Below, one piece after another: positions 1 through 10,101 of a stretch of DNA of 64,000 nucleotides (position 1 is its first letter; every line of letters starts with the position of its first letter). The stretch is from the NCBI GenBank assembly GCA_038060895.1, contig JBBTCT010000001.1, positions 128,001 through 192,000 on the forward strand, given 5' to 3'. The translations under genes and the position numbers were made by a program. The notes under the pieces are model-generated. The model was not told the DNA's origin. It searched no databases and worked only from the letters and a program-made list of their open reading frames with translations. The stretch comes from Planctomycetota bacterium. GTDB lineage: Bacteria; Planctomycetota; MHYJ01; WSZJ01.

Positions 1-1328
1 AGGACGAGGAGGTCGGCGGTCGGCGCCGCCTGCCCCGAGGACGTCACGGCGGCATAGACGCGTCCGCCGTACACCACCGGAGGCGACCCGAACCAGACGT
101 TCTGCAGGTCCGGATCTGGGTCCGTCTGGGTCGACCAGAGCTGCGTGCCGATGTCCAGCGCGAACGCCGCCAGGAACGTCGGGTCGTTGTTCGCGCCCAT
201 GTTGACCTGGCGCGGGAGGAAATTCACGTAGACCCGGCCGTCCGCAATCACGGGCGCCACCATGCTCATCACGCGCGGCTGCCCGATCATCGCCTGCACG
301 AAAATCGACTTCGCGTTGGAGGCCGGAGGGTTGACCCACAGCTCTCGCCCGTCCTCGAGCGACAGCGCCCACACGCTCGCGCCGTCGGCAATCACGACTT
401 CTCCACCGGGGCCGACCGCCGGGTAGGCCTGCAGGAAGGGAACCTGGACCTGGTTGCGCCCCACGACCTGGCGCGCCTGGTTCATGTGCGCCGTCAGCTC
501 TTCCCCACTCAACCCCGGAAAAGACCAGAGACGCACGTCGTTCCTCGAACGCGAGTCGCTCACCCGCGTCCCCGCGTTGTTCCCGCCGATCCGCGGCCAG
601 TCCGTGCCGCGGTCCGTCCGCATACGCGCCGGCTCCACCTTCGCCAGGACCCCGACCGCTTCCTTCGCTGTTATGCGCTTTCCCGCAATCGTCAGCGGCG
701 CGTCCCCCAGCGCCTCCAGCCGGGCCTTCGCTTCCGCCCATCCCGCTTCATCCCCCGCCCGCCGGCAGGCCGCCGCCCATTTCGCCACCAGCGGCGCCAT
801 CGCGACGTCGGGACTCGGGTAGAGGCGCGCGGCGAGTTCCCAGTAATGAAGCGCGTCTTCGAGCCGGCCCTGCTCGGCGCAGGCGTCGGCGAGGCGGACG
901 GCCGCGTCGTCGCCCACGGAGGTGAAGAAGTAGTCGTTCACGACGCGTTCGAGCCCGACGCCGCCCTCCTTGATGGCCTGCTCGAAGAGCGACTTCGCTA
1001 CGGCGTCGTTCGCGGTCCGGTACGCCGTCAGTCCCTCGATGGGGAATTTCGAAATCCGCTCGAAGACGTGCCGGCGCACGCCCCGCCACATCTTCGAGTC
1101 CTTCCCGTCGGGCGTCATGCTGTCGGGATGCTCCCGCAGGACGCGCGCGTACTTGTCCACCGCGAGGTCCCAGTTTCCGTTCTTCTCGGCTTCAGCCGCC
1201 TGCTTGAGAAGCGGCTCGGCCTCGTCGGTTTCGACGTAGATCGGGCTCTCGACCCCTTCCTGGGCCCGGACGGACGCAGCCAGGGCGGCCGAGAAGAGAA
1301 AGGCGACGGCCATGTGTCGCGGCATCAT
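1..1328 (-). CDS. Secreted PQQ-binding-like beta-propeller repeat protein (partial, runs off the left edge)
   Basis: Not in the ORF track because no stop lies inside the window. Manual translation from the ATG at 1328 gives MMPRHMAVAFLFSAALAASVRAQEGVESPIYVE... (signal peptide, then a TPR-like helix). Later come PQQ-propeller motifs: 'SVWALSLEDGRELW', 'APVIADGRVYV', 'LAAFALDIGTQLWST', 'SPPVVYGGRVY'. Confidence 0.75.
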   Translation of the reverse strand, partial: MMPRHMAVAFLFSAALAASVRAQEGVESPIYVETDEAEPLLKQAAEAEKNGNWDLAVDKYARVLREHPDSMTPDGKDSKMWRGVRRHVFERISKFPIEGLTAYRTANDAVAKSLFEQAIKEGGVGLERVVNDYFFTSVGDDAAVRLADACAEQGRLEDALHYWELAARLYPSPDVAMAPLVAKWAAACRRAGDEAGWAEAKARLEALGDAPLTIAGKRITAKEAVGVLAKVEPARMRTDRGTDWPRIGGNNAGTRVSDSRSRNDVRLWSFPGLSGEELTAHMNQARQVVGRNQVQVPFLQAYPAVGPGGEVVIADGASVWALSLEDGRELWVNPPASNAKSIFVQAMIGQPRVMSMVAPVIADGRVYVNFLPRQVNMGANNDPTFLAAFALDIGTQLWSTQTDPDPDLQNVWFGSPPVVYGGRVYAAVTSSGQAAPTADLLV

Positions 1329-1425
1329 GCGTCGATCCCCTGAGCGGACGGTCCTTCAATGAAACGGGGCGGGCGAACGGGTCTTCCCCCGTCACGCCCG
1401 CCCCCGTGGATGGCGAATTCCCGGG

Positions 1426-2124
1426 CTACTTGTACTGGCGCAGCTTCTCGACGAGCGTGGAGACCTGTCCGTGGCCCTCTTTCGTCTGCACCACGATCAG
1501 AATGCCGTTCTGGATTTCGACCGAGCATTTCGGGTTGTCGTTCCAGCTGGTGCCGCAGGTGTGGTTCTTGATCAGGTCGACGAGGACGGTCGGGTCGTCC
1601 AGCGACGAACTGGAATCCTCGCTCGCAGTCACCTCGACGCCGATTCCCTCGGAGGTTCCCGCGCCGCTTCCCAGGCTGATTTCCGGCGCCTTGAAGTCGC
1701 GCAGGTGCAGAAGCAGGTCGCGGACGTCGTACAGCTCGAGGTAGGTCTCTTTCTTCGTCTCCTCCATCGTGACGATCATCACGACGCCTTCCTCGATCCT
1801 GTAGCTCAAGTCCACCATCTTGGTGATGAGCGCGAGGCAGTCGGTCGCCTTGAGCTCGTCCACCTTGAGCGTCACGGGGTGATCCTCGCCCCCGTCTTTG
1901 ACGCCTTTCGAGATCAGAATGTTCACGCTCGTGACTTCGCGGAAGAAGTCCACGACCTCGGTCAGCGGGGCGTCGGTGAAATTGAGCGACACCTTCAGCG
2001 TCTCGAGCATCGCGATCGTCTTGCGGTCCTCCTCCGACTTCGCCTCGAGCTTCGGGCCATCGGCCCGGGCAATCGCGGCGCAGGCGAGAAGAGCAGTAGC
2101 GCATAGCAGGTTGGACGTTTTCAT
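1426..2124 (-). CDS. Secreted STN / secretin N-terminal-like domain protein (no secretin barrel)
   Basis: Signal peptide; 'KVSLNFTDAPLTEVVDFFREVTSVNILI', 'LYDVRDLL', 'GILIVVQTKEGHGQVSTLVEKLR' match the planctomycete STN-type family. Confidence 0.65.
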   Translation of the reverse strand: MKTSNLLCATALLACAAIARADGPKLEAKSEEDRKTIAMLETLKVSLNFTDAPLTEVVDFFREVTSVNILISKGVKDGGEDHPVTLKVDELKATDCLALITKMVDLSYRIEEGVVMIVTMEETKKETYLELYDVRDLLLHLRDFKAPEISLGSGAGTSEGIGVEVTASEDSSSSLDDPTVLVDLIKNHTCGTSWNDNPKCSVEIQNGILIVVQTKEGHGQVSTLVEKLRQYK

Positions 2125-2240
2125 GTCTCACTCCGTTCCAAACGGCTCCCCCCGCTCGGAAGGCCGATCATTGTAAAGAAAAGTGGCAATGCGGAGATAG
2201 CGGAAAATGAAGTGGCGCGTGGCGGTCGACGAAGAGGAAC

Positions 2241-2837
2241 TCAGGGCTGAGCGGTGAAGAATGAGAGGGCGGTTTGGCCGTACTTGCGGACCTCGTCTGG
2301 CGTAAATCCTGACGGAGCATTGAGTTCCGCGCTGGAGCGGTGCTCGACTACCAGCCAGGCACCATTTCGAAGCGCGCCTTCTGACTTCAGCCGCGACAGC
2401 AGCGCCCGAAACTTCTCGCGAGCTTCCGGCTCGTCGATGAAAGCATAAGGCGGGTCGGCAAACGCCAGGTCAGCCCCTTCTCCCGCCACCTCGACCAACC
2501 GCTGCGCGACATCGCCGTCAAGCACGCGCAGCCGAGGTTCACATTTCAGTTTCGAGGCGCTCGCCCGGATCGCCGAAAGGCACGCGGCGTCCTGTTCGAA
2601 AACCGTCGCGGAAGCCGCCCCGCGGGAGAGCGCTTCGAACGAAAGTGCTGCAGTTCCCGCGTACAGGTCCAGCACGCGCGCCCCTTCCATCGCGCCCAGC
2701 ACGTTGAAGATCGCCGCGCGAACCTTCGCGAGCGCGGGCCGCGCGACTCGGCCCGGGGGAGAGAAGATCCGAGTCCCGGACCATGCGCCGCCCGTAAGGC
2801 GGATCGGGCCCGGCGAGGCGCCACGGGACACGGTCAC
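2241..2837 (-). CDS. rsmD: 16S rRNA (guanine966-N2)-methyltransferase RsmD
   Basis: 'IRLTGG...G', 'VRAAIFNVL', 'VLDLYAGTAALSFEALSRGA', 'FADPPY', 'RKYGQT' motifs. Confidence 0.9.
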   Translation of the reverse strand: MTVSRGASPGPIRLTGGAWSGTRIFSPPGRVARPALAKVRAAIFNVLGAMEGARVLDLYAGTAALSFEALSRGAASATVFEQDAACLSAIRASASKLKCEPRLRVLDGDVAQRLVEVAGEGADLAFADPPYAFIDEPEAREKFRALLSRLKSEGALRNGAWLVVEHRSSAELNAPSGFTPDEVRKYGQTALSFFTAQP

Positions 2838-5542
2838 TTCGTGAACAGCTTGTCGATTTCGATGGAGAGGCGCGTGTCGACTTCCGGGTCCTTGAACTCT
2901 CCCTGTACAAAGATTGCAACGCCGGCCCGCATGACGCGGCCCACCGTTTCTCCGAAGACTCCGTGAAACTTCGGCGACATCTTGAGGCGGATTTTGCCGT
3001 CGAAGTCCAGGTACCCCTTGTCCGACAGCAAGTCCATGGACTTCGATTCCAGGCTGAGCTGCTTGAGGTTGAATCGACCGTTGCCGACGTCAAACGTGAC
3101 CGAGCCCCGCTCAAAGACGTCCTTCTTCCCGAAATCAAGTACGTTGAACACCCGCGCAAGGAGCGGCACGTCGTAGAGCTCGCTGTCCTTGAAGGAGACC
3201 GCGCCGGAGCCCGTAAACCCGTTCGAATTTCCGCCTGTCCCTTCCATCCTCAAGTCGCTGCTGGCCCGCCCGGTGATGTTCTTCCCGGCGAACGCCGTGT
3301 CCCGCGTCAACTGGAGCAGATCGACGTTGACGCCCTTGAGCTCCACCTTCCAGTCCGACGTCGCCGTGTCGTACGAAACGTCTCCGGAGATCCGCCCGTC
3401 GTAACAGGTCGCGTCGATGTCATCGATGTTGAGCATCCCGTCCCGCAGGCTCGGGTTTGCGCGCACGCCCTGGATCTTGAAGTCCTCGACGCGCAGGCTC
3501 GCATTCTTGATCTGCGTCACGACCGTGCTCGAACCGGGCTTCATCGCACCGTGCGTCACCGTGATGTCGGCGTTCACTTCCCGGTAAGCCAGCCCCGCAT
3601 CAAAGGACCCGTCCTTCAGCTTGATGGACGACGCCGTGAACCGCGACTCCCCTGCACCCATCTCCGGGTCGCCCTTCCTGAAATTCAGGTCCGTAAGGTC
3701 CAGCGCCCCTTTCAGGTTCATGTCCGAAATGATCCCGCCGAAATCGGTCGGAAGGGCCGCGCGCAGGTCGCCATCGATCGGAATGTTGTTGCCGCTGATC
3801 GTCAGGTTGTACGAAGGATCGGCGTCCAGCCCGTCCACCGTACCGCGAATTTCCAGGCTCGCCTTTCCGTGCTCCCCGTCCAGCCGGCGCACCTCGACCC
3901 GCTTCGCATCCGTCCAGACTTCGCCCGTAATGTTCGACACCAGATAGGGCACCCCGTCAAACGTCGCCTTCATCCCCTTCGGCCGGACCGTCACGTCATA
4001 CGTCAGTTCCTTGTCCAGCCCCGGCTCCCGCTTCGTCACCCAGTGAAACCCGATCGAGCCCTCGGGGCTGAAGTGCTTCCAGACCTGCTTGACCGCGTCC
4101 GGGAGCGCCGCGAAAGTTTCGTCGGACAGGCGGACGCCGTCCGTATCGACCGTCACCTCGATCCCGCCGTCCGCCTGGATGCTGGTCAGGTGGCCGTTCA
4201 CGGAGAACCACGATTCGTGGTTGCGGCAGCGCGCGTTCTCGATCGTCAGCTCATCTCCGCGAAGCACGATCAGGCCGGTGACGTTCGTGATCGGGAGGGG
4301 GAACGGCTTGAACGTTGCGGAGCAATCCATCATGTTCATCTCGATGTCGTGCTTGACCGGGATCCCACGGCCGTGAGGCTTGATGACGTCGACCTTGCCG
4401 CGCAGCCGTCCGGCAGGGCTGAAGAGGTCGTAGACGTTGGCGGCGTCGCTCTGGAGAGCGGCGCGCAATTTCGGGTTGATCGGGAGGTTTTCGATATTGA
4501 AGTGCAGGGTGTAGGCCGATTCACCGACGTAGCCGTCCGTCGAACCGGACATCGCGATCTCGACCGGGTCCGCGCCGGCGACGGGCGAAGCGGACTCCCC
4601 GTCCGTCCCGCGCGGCCAGAACTTCGCCGTCATCCCCTGGAATTCGATCCCGTCGTCCTTCAGGCGCATCAGCCCGTTCACATTCAGGACCTTGTACCGG
4701 AAGTTTGCGTACTCGATCGAGATCCCCCGCGGCACAACCTCGGCGACGACGGAAACGGGTTTCGCGGACGCCGGATCGTAGGTCCCTTTCAAGGTCGCAT
4801 CGACCAGCCCGACGGCCTTGTACATCCCGTAGACGCGCTGCACTTCTTCGCCAAATGCCGCCACCGTCTGCGGCCCGACGTCCAGCCCCCTGGTCTCGAG
4901 CCGCACGTCGCTCTTGCCGCTCAAGGTGTCGATCGTGCCGTGGATCAGCCAGCGGCCGAGCGGCCCCGCGTCGGCGCTTCCCTCTACCACGAACTGCTCG
5001 CCGCCGCCGTAGGGAAGGATGTTGAGGTCGAGGTCCTTGACCAGGATCTCGAGTCCTTCCTTCATCAGGGCTTCGTACGCGAACACGAATTCCCCTCGAC
5101 GCACGCTGATCCTCGGGATGGGCCCGCCTGCGGCCTGCGACTCGCCTGCGCGGCGGGCGATTTCCGTCACCAGGTCGAACAACTCGGCGCGCCCGTCCTT
5201 CGTGATCTCGAGCCGTACCATCGGCCGATCGAGTTCGATCGACGCGATCGAGACCTTTCCCTCCATGAGACGGTTGCGGTCGAGCTGCACCCGGATGCTC
5301 TCGGCCCGGAGAAAGGGCGACCCGTCGCGCTTCGGGATCGAAAAATCCTTTGCCACCAGGCCCCTGAACGGGCCGAATGAAATGTCCTCCAGGTGTACGG
5401 GACGCCCGACGATCCGCTCGAGCTCGGTGGTCACGAAGTCCCGATTCAGGAACGTGCGGTAGGCAAGGGCGGTGTCCGCGGCGGCCAGGGCGGCGACGAA
5501 GAGAGCCATGAATCCGAAGGCCGCGAATTTTTTTGTGAGCAT
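2834..5542 (-). CDS. AsmA-like (repeating beta-groove) lipid-transport family protein
   Basis: N-terminal TM helix, about 900 aa of beta-rich repeats, and an AsmA-like C-terminus ('G..SF.D..L..VP', 'V.GEFKDPEV'). Start placed at ATG 5542. Confidence 0.75.
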   Translation of the reverse strand: MLTKKFAAFGFMALFVAALAAADTALAYRTFLNRDFVTTELERIVGRPVHLEDISFGPFRGLVAKDFSIPKRDGSPFLRAESIRVQLDRNRLMEGKVSIASIELDRPMVRLEITKDGRAELFDLVTEIARRAGESQAAGGPIPRISVRRGEFVFAYEALMKEGLEILVKDLDLNILPYGGGEQFVVEGSADAGPLGRWLIHGTIDTLSGKSDVRLETRGLDVGPQTVAAFGEEVQRVYGMYKAVGLVDATLKGTYDPASAKPVSVVAEVVPRGISIEYANFRYKVLNVNGLMRLKDDGIEFQGMTAKFWPRGTDGESASPVAGADPVEIAMSGSTDGYVGESAYTLHFNIENLPINPKLRAALQSDAANVYDLFSPAGRLRGKVDVIKPHGRGIPVKHDIEMNMMDCSATFKPFPLPITNVTGLIVLRGDELTIENARCRNHESWFSVNGHLTSIQADGGIEVTVDTDGVRLSDETFAALPDAVKQVWKHFSPEGSIGFHWVTKREPGLDKELTYDVTVRPKGMKATFDGVPYLVSNITGEVWTDAKRVEVRRLDGEHGKASLEIRGTVDGLDADPSYNLTISGNNIPIDGDLRAALPTDFGGIISDMNLKGALDLTDLNFRKGDPEMGAGESRFTASSIKLKDGSFDAGLAYREVNADITVTHGAMKPGSSTVVTQIKNASLRVEDFKIQGVRANPSLRDGMLNIDDIDATCYDGRISGDVSYDTATSDWKVELKGVNVDLLQLTRDTAFAGKNITGRASSDLRMEGTGGNSNGFTGSGAVSFKDSELYDVPLLARVFNVLDFGKKDVFERGSVTFDVGNGRFNLKQLSLESKSMDLLSDKGYLDFDGKIRLKMSPKFHGVFGETVGRVMRAGVAIFVQGEFKDPEVDTRLSIEIDKLFTK

Positions 5543-5593
5543 GAGGGTCAATTCTAGCCCGCGTGACGAAGTGAAGTGCCGGAATTGCGGCGC

Positions 5594-6598
5594 TCAGGAC
5601 GGCTCAATCAGCATCGAATCCCCGTATGAAAAGAACATGAATTTCCGGCGAACGGCCTCCGCGTACGCCGCCAGCACCCGCTCCCGCCCGCCGAACGCGC
5701 ACGCGAGCATGAGCGGCGTTCCGCCGGGCAGGTGGAAATTGGTGAGAAGGCGGTGGACGGCGCGGAAGCGGAATCCGGGCGTGATGAAAAGCGCGGTCTC
5801 GCCGGCGCCGGCCCGGACGGCGCCGTCCTTCCACGCAGCCTCCAGCGTCCGGGTCACCGTCGTGCCGACCGACGTGACGCGTTTCGCAGCCGAGATCGCC
5901 GCCGCAGTCTCCGCGGGAACGACAAACGGTTCCGGATCCATCCGGTGGTCCTCCACGTTCTCTGCCGTCACGGGCTTGAACGTCCCGACCCCCACGTGCA
6001 GAGTGACGAACGCAATCCCGGCGCCCGTCGCCCTGATCGACTCCAGCACCGCTTCCGTGAAGTGCAGCCCGGCCGTCGGCGCCGCAATCGCCCCTTCTGT
6101 CTTCGCATACACCGTCTGGTACCGTTCGCGGTCCTCGGCGTCCGCCGGGTCGCCGGCGCGGCCGCGCTTGATATAAGGAGGAAGCGGCATCCGGCCGGCG
6201 GCCGCGATGTCGGCATCCGCAGGGAACTCGACTTCCCATGCGCCGCGCGCACGCCGAACGCTTCCCTCGAACGCCCCGAACGACAGCACTTCCCCCTCGC
6301 GCAGCTTCCCGCGCCCGCCGACCATCGCTTCCCAGACTCCACCGCCCTTCGGCCGCACCAGCAGCACGTCGAACGCCCCGCCGGTCTTCCGCTTCCCGCT
6401 CAACCGCGCCGGCCGCACGCGCGTATCGTTGAGAACGAGGAGGTCGCCGGGGCCGAAGAACCGGGGCAGGTCGTGAAAGAGAAGGTGTTCGTCCCGATCC
6501 CGCAGCAGCGCGAACAGCCTTGACGCGTCTCGGCGCGCGGCAGGGTGCTGCGCGACAAGTTCCTCGGACAGGTCGAATTGGAATTCGGAAAGTTTCAC
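5594..6598 (-). CDS. queA: S-adenosylmethionine:tRNA ribosyltransferase-isomerase QueA
   Basis: 'LSEFQFDL.EELVAQHP', 'DLLVLNDTRV', 'MPLPPYI', 'ERYQTVYA', 'AAPTAGLHFT', 'LHVGVGTF', 'FFSYGDSM'. True start is GTG 6598; the track's longer 5' extension overlaps selB. Confidence 0.95.
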   Translation of the reverse strand: MKLSEFQFDLSEELVAQHPAARRDASRLFALLRDRDEHLLFHDLPRFFGPGDLLVLNDTRVRPARLSGKRKTGGAFDVLLVRPKGGGVWEAMVGGRGKLREGEVLSFGAFEGSVRRARGAWEVEFPADADIAAAGRMPLPPYIKRGRAGDPADAEDRERYQTVYAKTEGAIAAPTAGLHFTEAVLESIRATGAGIAFVTLHVGVGTFKPVTAENVEDHRMDPEPFVVPAETAAAISAAKRVTSVGTTVTRTLEAAWKDGAVRAGAGETALFITPGFRFRAVHRLLTNFHLPGGTPLMLACAFGGRERVLAAYAEAVRRKFMFFSYGDSMLIEPS

Positions 6599-6869
6599 AG
6601 GGTGGACTTCATGTCGCGCTCTCACGCAGTGCCGGGACGATGTTCGGCTGCTCGGGATCAGGCATGCGACGAAAACATACCAGCCGCGGCGCTTCAGATG
6701 TACTCCCTTGAGGAAGAAGAAGCCTGGACCATTGCGCAGTTGCGCGAGGGCGAGCCGTTTCCTCCGTCGAAAGTAGAGTGCGACAAGATCACCCTTGGCC
6801 GTCCGGACCACGCCGGCCTGTAGCGCGTCGCCTTGCCCTGCGCCCGCGCGCCGCTTACGCTCTTTCGCG

Positions 6870-8789
6870 ATGCAGGACATCTTCAATATCGTCATCGGGA
6901 CCGCGGGGCACATCGACCACGGCAAGTCCACGCTGGTCCGCAAGCTGACCGGCATCGATCCCGACCGCCTCCCGGAGGAAAAGGAGCGCGGCCTCACCAT
7001 CGACCTCGGCTTCGCGCCCTTCACGCTCAAGGACGGCCGCCGAATCGGGCTCATCGACGTCCCGGGGCACGAGAAGTTCGTGAAGAACATGGTCGCGGGG
7101 GCAACGTCGCTCGACGGCGTCATCCTCGTCATCGCGGCGGACGACGGGATCATGCCGCAGACGCGGGAGCACCTGAACATCCTGCGGATCCTGGACGTGA
7201 AGCGCGGGATGGTGGCACTGACGAAGATCGACATCGCGGAGCCGGACATGCTGGAGCTGGTGGAGGACGAGATCCGGCAGATGCTGCAGGGGACGTTCCT
7301 CGAGGCGGCGCCGATTTTCCGGGTCAGTTCGCACACCGGCGCGGGTTACGAAGCCCTGATCGACGGGATCAACAAACTGGCGGTCGCGACGCCGCCGCGC
7401 ACGACCGAGGGCGTATTCCGGATGCCGATCCAGCGCGTCTTTTCGGCCAAGGGGTTCGGGACGATAGCCACAGGAGTCCCGATCACCGGGAAGGCGAAGC
7501 TCGGCGACACTGTTGAAGTCCTCCCGCTCGGAAAATCGTCGCGCATCCGCGGCCTCCAGGCCTACAAGGGCGATGTCACCGAAATCCGCGCCGGACACTC
7601 TTCCGCCGTCAACCTCTCGGACATCGATCACGCCGAGGTCATCCGCGGCATGGTCATGGCCACCCCCGGATACCTGCACGCCGCCGATCACGTCAACGCG
7701 CGCTTCCGCTTCCTGAACGAGGAAGTTGGCCGGCTGAAGAACGGCGCCGCGGTGCGCCTGCACACGGGGACGGTGGAAGGCCTCGGGACGCTCAACCTCG
7801 TCGAAGGGCAGGATCTCGTAGCGGGAACCGACGCGCTGATCCAGATCCGGCTCGCCGAGCCGGTCGTCGTCGCGGCCAACGACCTTTTTGTGCTGCGCCT
7901 CCAGTCGCCGACGGTGGTTCTCGGAGGCGGGCGAATCCTGTCATCGACGCTCGGCCGGCCGAAGATGAACCGGGCAAAGCTGGTGGAAGATCTCAAGGGA
8001 GCGGAAGCGTCATTGGGTGACTCACGCAAGACCCTCGAGCACCTGATCCGCCGGGCCGGCTCGGACCCCGTGTCGCTCGACTCGATCGCGAAGCAGTCGC
8101 TTCTTCCTATCGCTCAGGCATGGGACCTCGTCGGCGGCCTCAAGCAGAAAGGGCTGGTCACGGAGCTGCCCGAGACGAAGCGGCTCCTGCACCGCGACGG
8201 CCTTGCCGCCGCTGCGGGCGAAATCACGAGGACGCTCGAGGAGTTCCACAAGACGAATCCGGTTTCGGTCGGCATGGAGAAGATTCCTCTTCGCACCGCC
8301 AGCGGCCTGGACCCGGAGGCGTTCGAGGCGGGGCTTGCGCTCGCGCGCAATTCGGGGGGCGCGGCCGAGGAGCGCGGGCTGTGGCGCAAAGCGGCCCACG
8401 CGGTCGCGCTGACTGCGGAGCAGGAGAAACTGATCGAGGCGGCGCGCAAGCTGCTGCTTGCCGACAAGTACGCGACGCCTCGCGTGGACGAAATGGCCGG
8501 GAAGCTCGGGAAGACGCCGCAACAGGTGGACAAGCTTCTCAAGCTGATGATGCAGACCGGCGAGATCGTGAAGCTGAAGGACGACATCCTCCTGCACCGG
8601 GACGCCATTGCGGAAGCGGTGGAGACGGCGCGGAAACTGTGTACGGAAAAGGGAGAAGTCGGCCCGAGCGAGTTCCGCGACGCGATGAAGACCAGCCGGA
8701 AGTACGTGATTCCGCTGCTGGAGCATCTGGATGCAATCGGGGTGACGGTCCGGCAGGGGGACAAGCGGGTGCTCCGGGCTTCCCCGTGA
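6870..8789 (+). CDS. selB: Selenocysteine-specific translation elongation factor SelB
   Basis: 'IGTAGHIDHGKS', 'DRLPEEKERGLTIDLGF', 'IDVPGHEKFVKNM' and the C-terminal SECIS-binding winged helix 'FRDAMKTSRKYVIPLLEHLD...R.GD.R'. Confidence 0.96.
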   Translation: MQDIFNIVIGTAGHIDHGKSTLVRKLTGIDPDRLPEEKERGLTIDLGFAPFTLKDGRRIGLIDVPGHEKFVKNMVAGATSLDGVILVIAADDGIMPQTREHLNILRILDVKRGMVALTKIDIAEPDMLELVEDEIRQMLQGTFLEAAPIFRVSSHTGAGYEALIDGINKLAVATPPRTTEGVFRMPIQRVFSAKGFGTIATGVPITGKAKLGDTVEVLPLGKSSRIRGLQAYKGDVTEIRAGHSSAVNLSDIDHAEVIRGMVMATPGYLHAADHVNARFRFLNEEVGRLKNGAAVRLHTGTVEGLGTLNLVEGQDLVAGTDALIQIRLAEPVVVAANDLFVLRLQSPTVVLGGGRILSSTLGRPKMNRAKLVEDLKGAEASLGDSRKTLEHLIRRAGSDPVSLDSIAKQSLLPIAQAWDLVGGLKQKGLVTELPETKRLLHRDGLAAAAGEITRTLEEFHKTNPVSVGMEKIPLRTASGLDPEAFEAGLALARNSGGAAEERGLWRKAAHAVALTAEQEKLIEAARKLLLADKYATPRVDEMAGKLGKTPQQVDKLLKLMMQTGEIVKLKDDILLHRDAIAEAVETARKLCTEKGEVGPSEFRDAMKTSRKYVIPLLEHLDAIGVTVRQGDKRVLRASP

Positions 8790-9385
8790 AAAAGCCGCCC
8801 CCGCCGACAGGTCCTTCCCCCGCGGCCGAACCGGATCCGGACACGCTTCTCATGATCCGTGTCCGCGACGACGACATGGAGGCCTATACCCTCCTCGTCG
8901 AGCGCTACCAGCAGCGAGTCGTCAACACGGTCTTCCGTTACACGGGAGACGGCGCAGGCGCCGAAGACCTCGCGCAGGAGGTCTTCATCAAGATCTTCAA
9001 GGCCCGCAAATCCTGGGAGCCCGTCGCGAAATTTTCAACGTGGCTCTTCCGAATCGTCACCAACATCTGCCTGAACGAAATTCGGAACCGGAAGCATCGC
9101 CCGAACGTCTCGCTCGACGACAATCCGCTTCTCGATCCAGGCCAGGAGGACCCGGCCGCAATTGAGACCTCGAGAAAGGAACTGGTCCATGCCGTGAGGA
9201 AAGCTCTCGACTCTCTGCCCGAAAACCAGCGCATGGCCGTCGTGCTCAACAAGTGGGAAGACCAGAGCTACGAGCAGATCGGCGAGGCGATGAACCTGAG
9301 CGTGCCGGCCGTGAAAAGCCTGCTGTTCCGGGCCAGGCAGGCGATGAAGGATCAGCTCGAAAAGTTCCTGAGCCCGGACGCGTAG
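8786..9385 (+). CDS. ECF-type RNA polymerase sigma-70 factor
   Basis: 'AEDLAQEVFIKIF', 'FSTWLFRIVTNICLN', 'ALDSLPENQRMAVVL...SYEQIGEAMNLSVPAVKSLLFRAR'. The GTG start overlaps the selB TGA. Confidence 0.9.
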   Translation: MKKPPPPTGPSPAAEPDPDTLLMIRVRDDDMEAYTLLVERYQQRVVNTVFRYTGDGAGAEDLAQEVFIKIFKARKSWEPVAKFSTWLFRIVTNICLNEIRNRKHRPNVSLDDNPLLDPGQEDPAAIETSRKELVHAVRKALDSLPENQRMAVVLNKWEDQSYEQIGEAMNLSVPAVKSLLFRARQAMKDQLEKFLSPDA

Positions 9386-9391
9386 GCGCCT

Positions 9392-10072
9392 CTACTTCGG
9401 CTGGATTGCCGCGCCGTTCGATCTTTCGACGTGCCGCGATTCTGTGCCCGACGCCGGAACCGAAAAGATTCCACCGGGGCGTTTCGCGATTTCCTCGTAT
9501 TGGATCTTCTGCTCCGCCGTCAGGAGCGGCATCATCTTCTCGTTCGTGTCCGCCTTGAGCGCCTCGAGGGCCGCCATGGTGTCGTCTCCGGCCTGGCCGG
9601 CGCGGGCCTTCCTCCAGTTCTTCACCTGGACTCCGACCAGCTCCGAAACTTGTGACGTCTGCTGGGCCGATAGCTCGAGTTGATCGGTCAGGTGCTCGAC
9701 GATGGACCTGCACATCTCGTCCAGCCACGACATTTGCCGCCGCTCCTCGTCTTCAATCGCCTCCTTTGCGGCGGATTCGGCAGTCGACGCCCCCTCCGGA
9801 GATTTCGCGGCAGGGTCCGTGCCTGAAGCGGGTGGAAGGGATGCGAGCGAGGAAACCTGGGCCCGGATCGCGGCGATTTCGCGTGCGAGATCGGCGTTGG
9901 ATGGACCGGCCGGAGCGACGGCCGGAAGAGGCGTCGCGGATTCCATCTTCGCGACGCGGTCCGAAAGCCCGCGGACTTCCGAAGAGGCGCCGCGCGCTTC
10001 GAACACGGCAACCAGCATCCCGGCCACCGATACCGCGGACAGCACGAGCGAGGCCACCTGCAGTTTCATCAC
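9392..10072 (-). CDS. Membrane-anchored coiled-coil protein with Spy/CpxP-like LTxxQ motifs
   Basis: N-terminal TM helix, coiled coil, 'LELSAQQ' and 'LLTAEQKIQY' motifs; paralogue of 10102-10842. Confidence 0.6.
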   Translation of the reverse strand: MMKLQVASLVLSAVSVAGMLVAVFEARGASSEVRGLSDRVAKMESATPLPAVAPAGPSNADLAREIAAIRAQVSSLASLPPASGTDPAAKSPEGASTAESAAKEAIEDEERRQMSWLDEMCRSIVEHLTDQLELSAQQTSQVSELVGVQVKNWRKARAGQAGDDTMAALEALKADTNEKMMPLLTAEQKIQYEEIAKRPGGIFSVPASGTESRHVERSNGAAIQPK

Positions 10073-10101
10073 GTCAAATCTCCCTGCTGTTGTAACGGAG
10101 C

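Noticed and set aside
2963-5380. Long antisense or alternative-frame ORFs (e.g. 2963-5380, 20163-23183, 42561-45065, 46536-49100, 50361-53063, 53687-56752)
   Set aside because: They are shadows of real genes in high-GC DNA: Arg/Pro-rich, motif-free and fully overlapping well-supported CDSs.
6599-6869. Possible tRNA-Sec (selC) or small ORF (6545-6823) between queA and selB
   Set aside because: No cloverleaf or T-arm with a UCA anticodon is visible. The ORF overlaps the queA start and has no recognisable motif, so this is probably a divergent promoter region.
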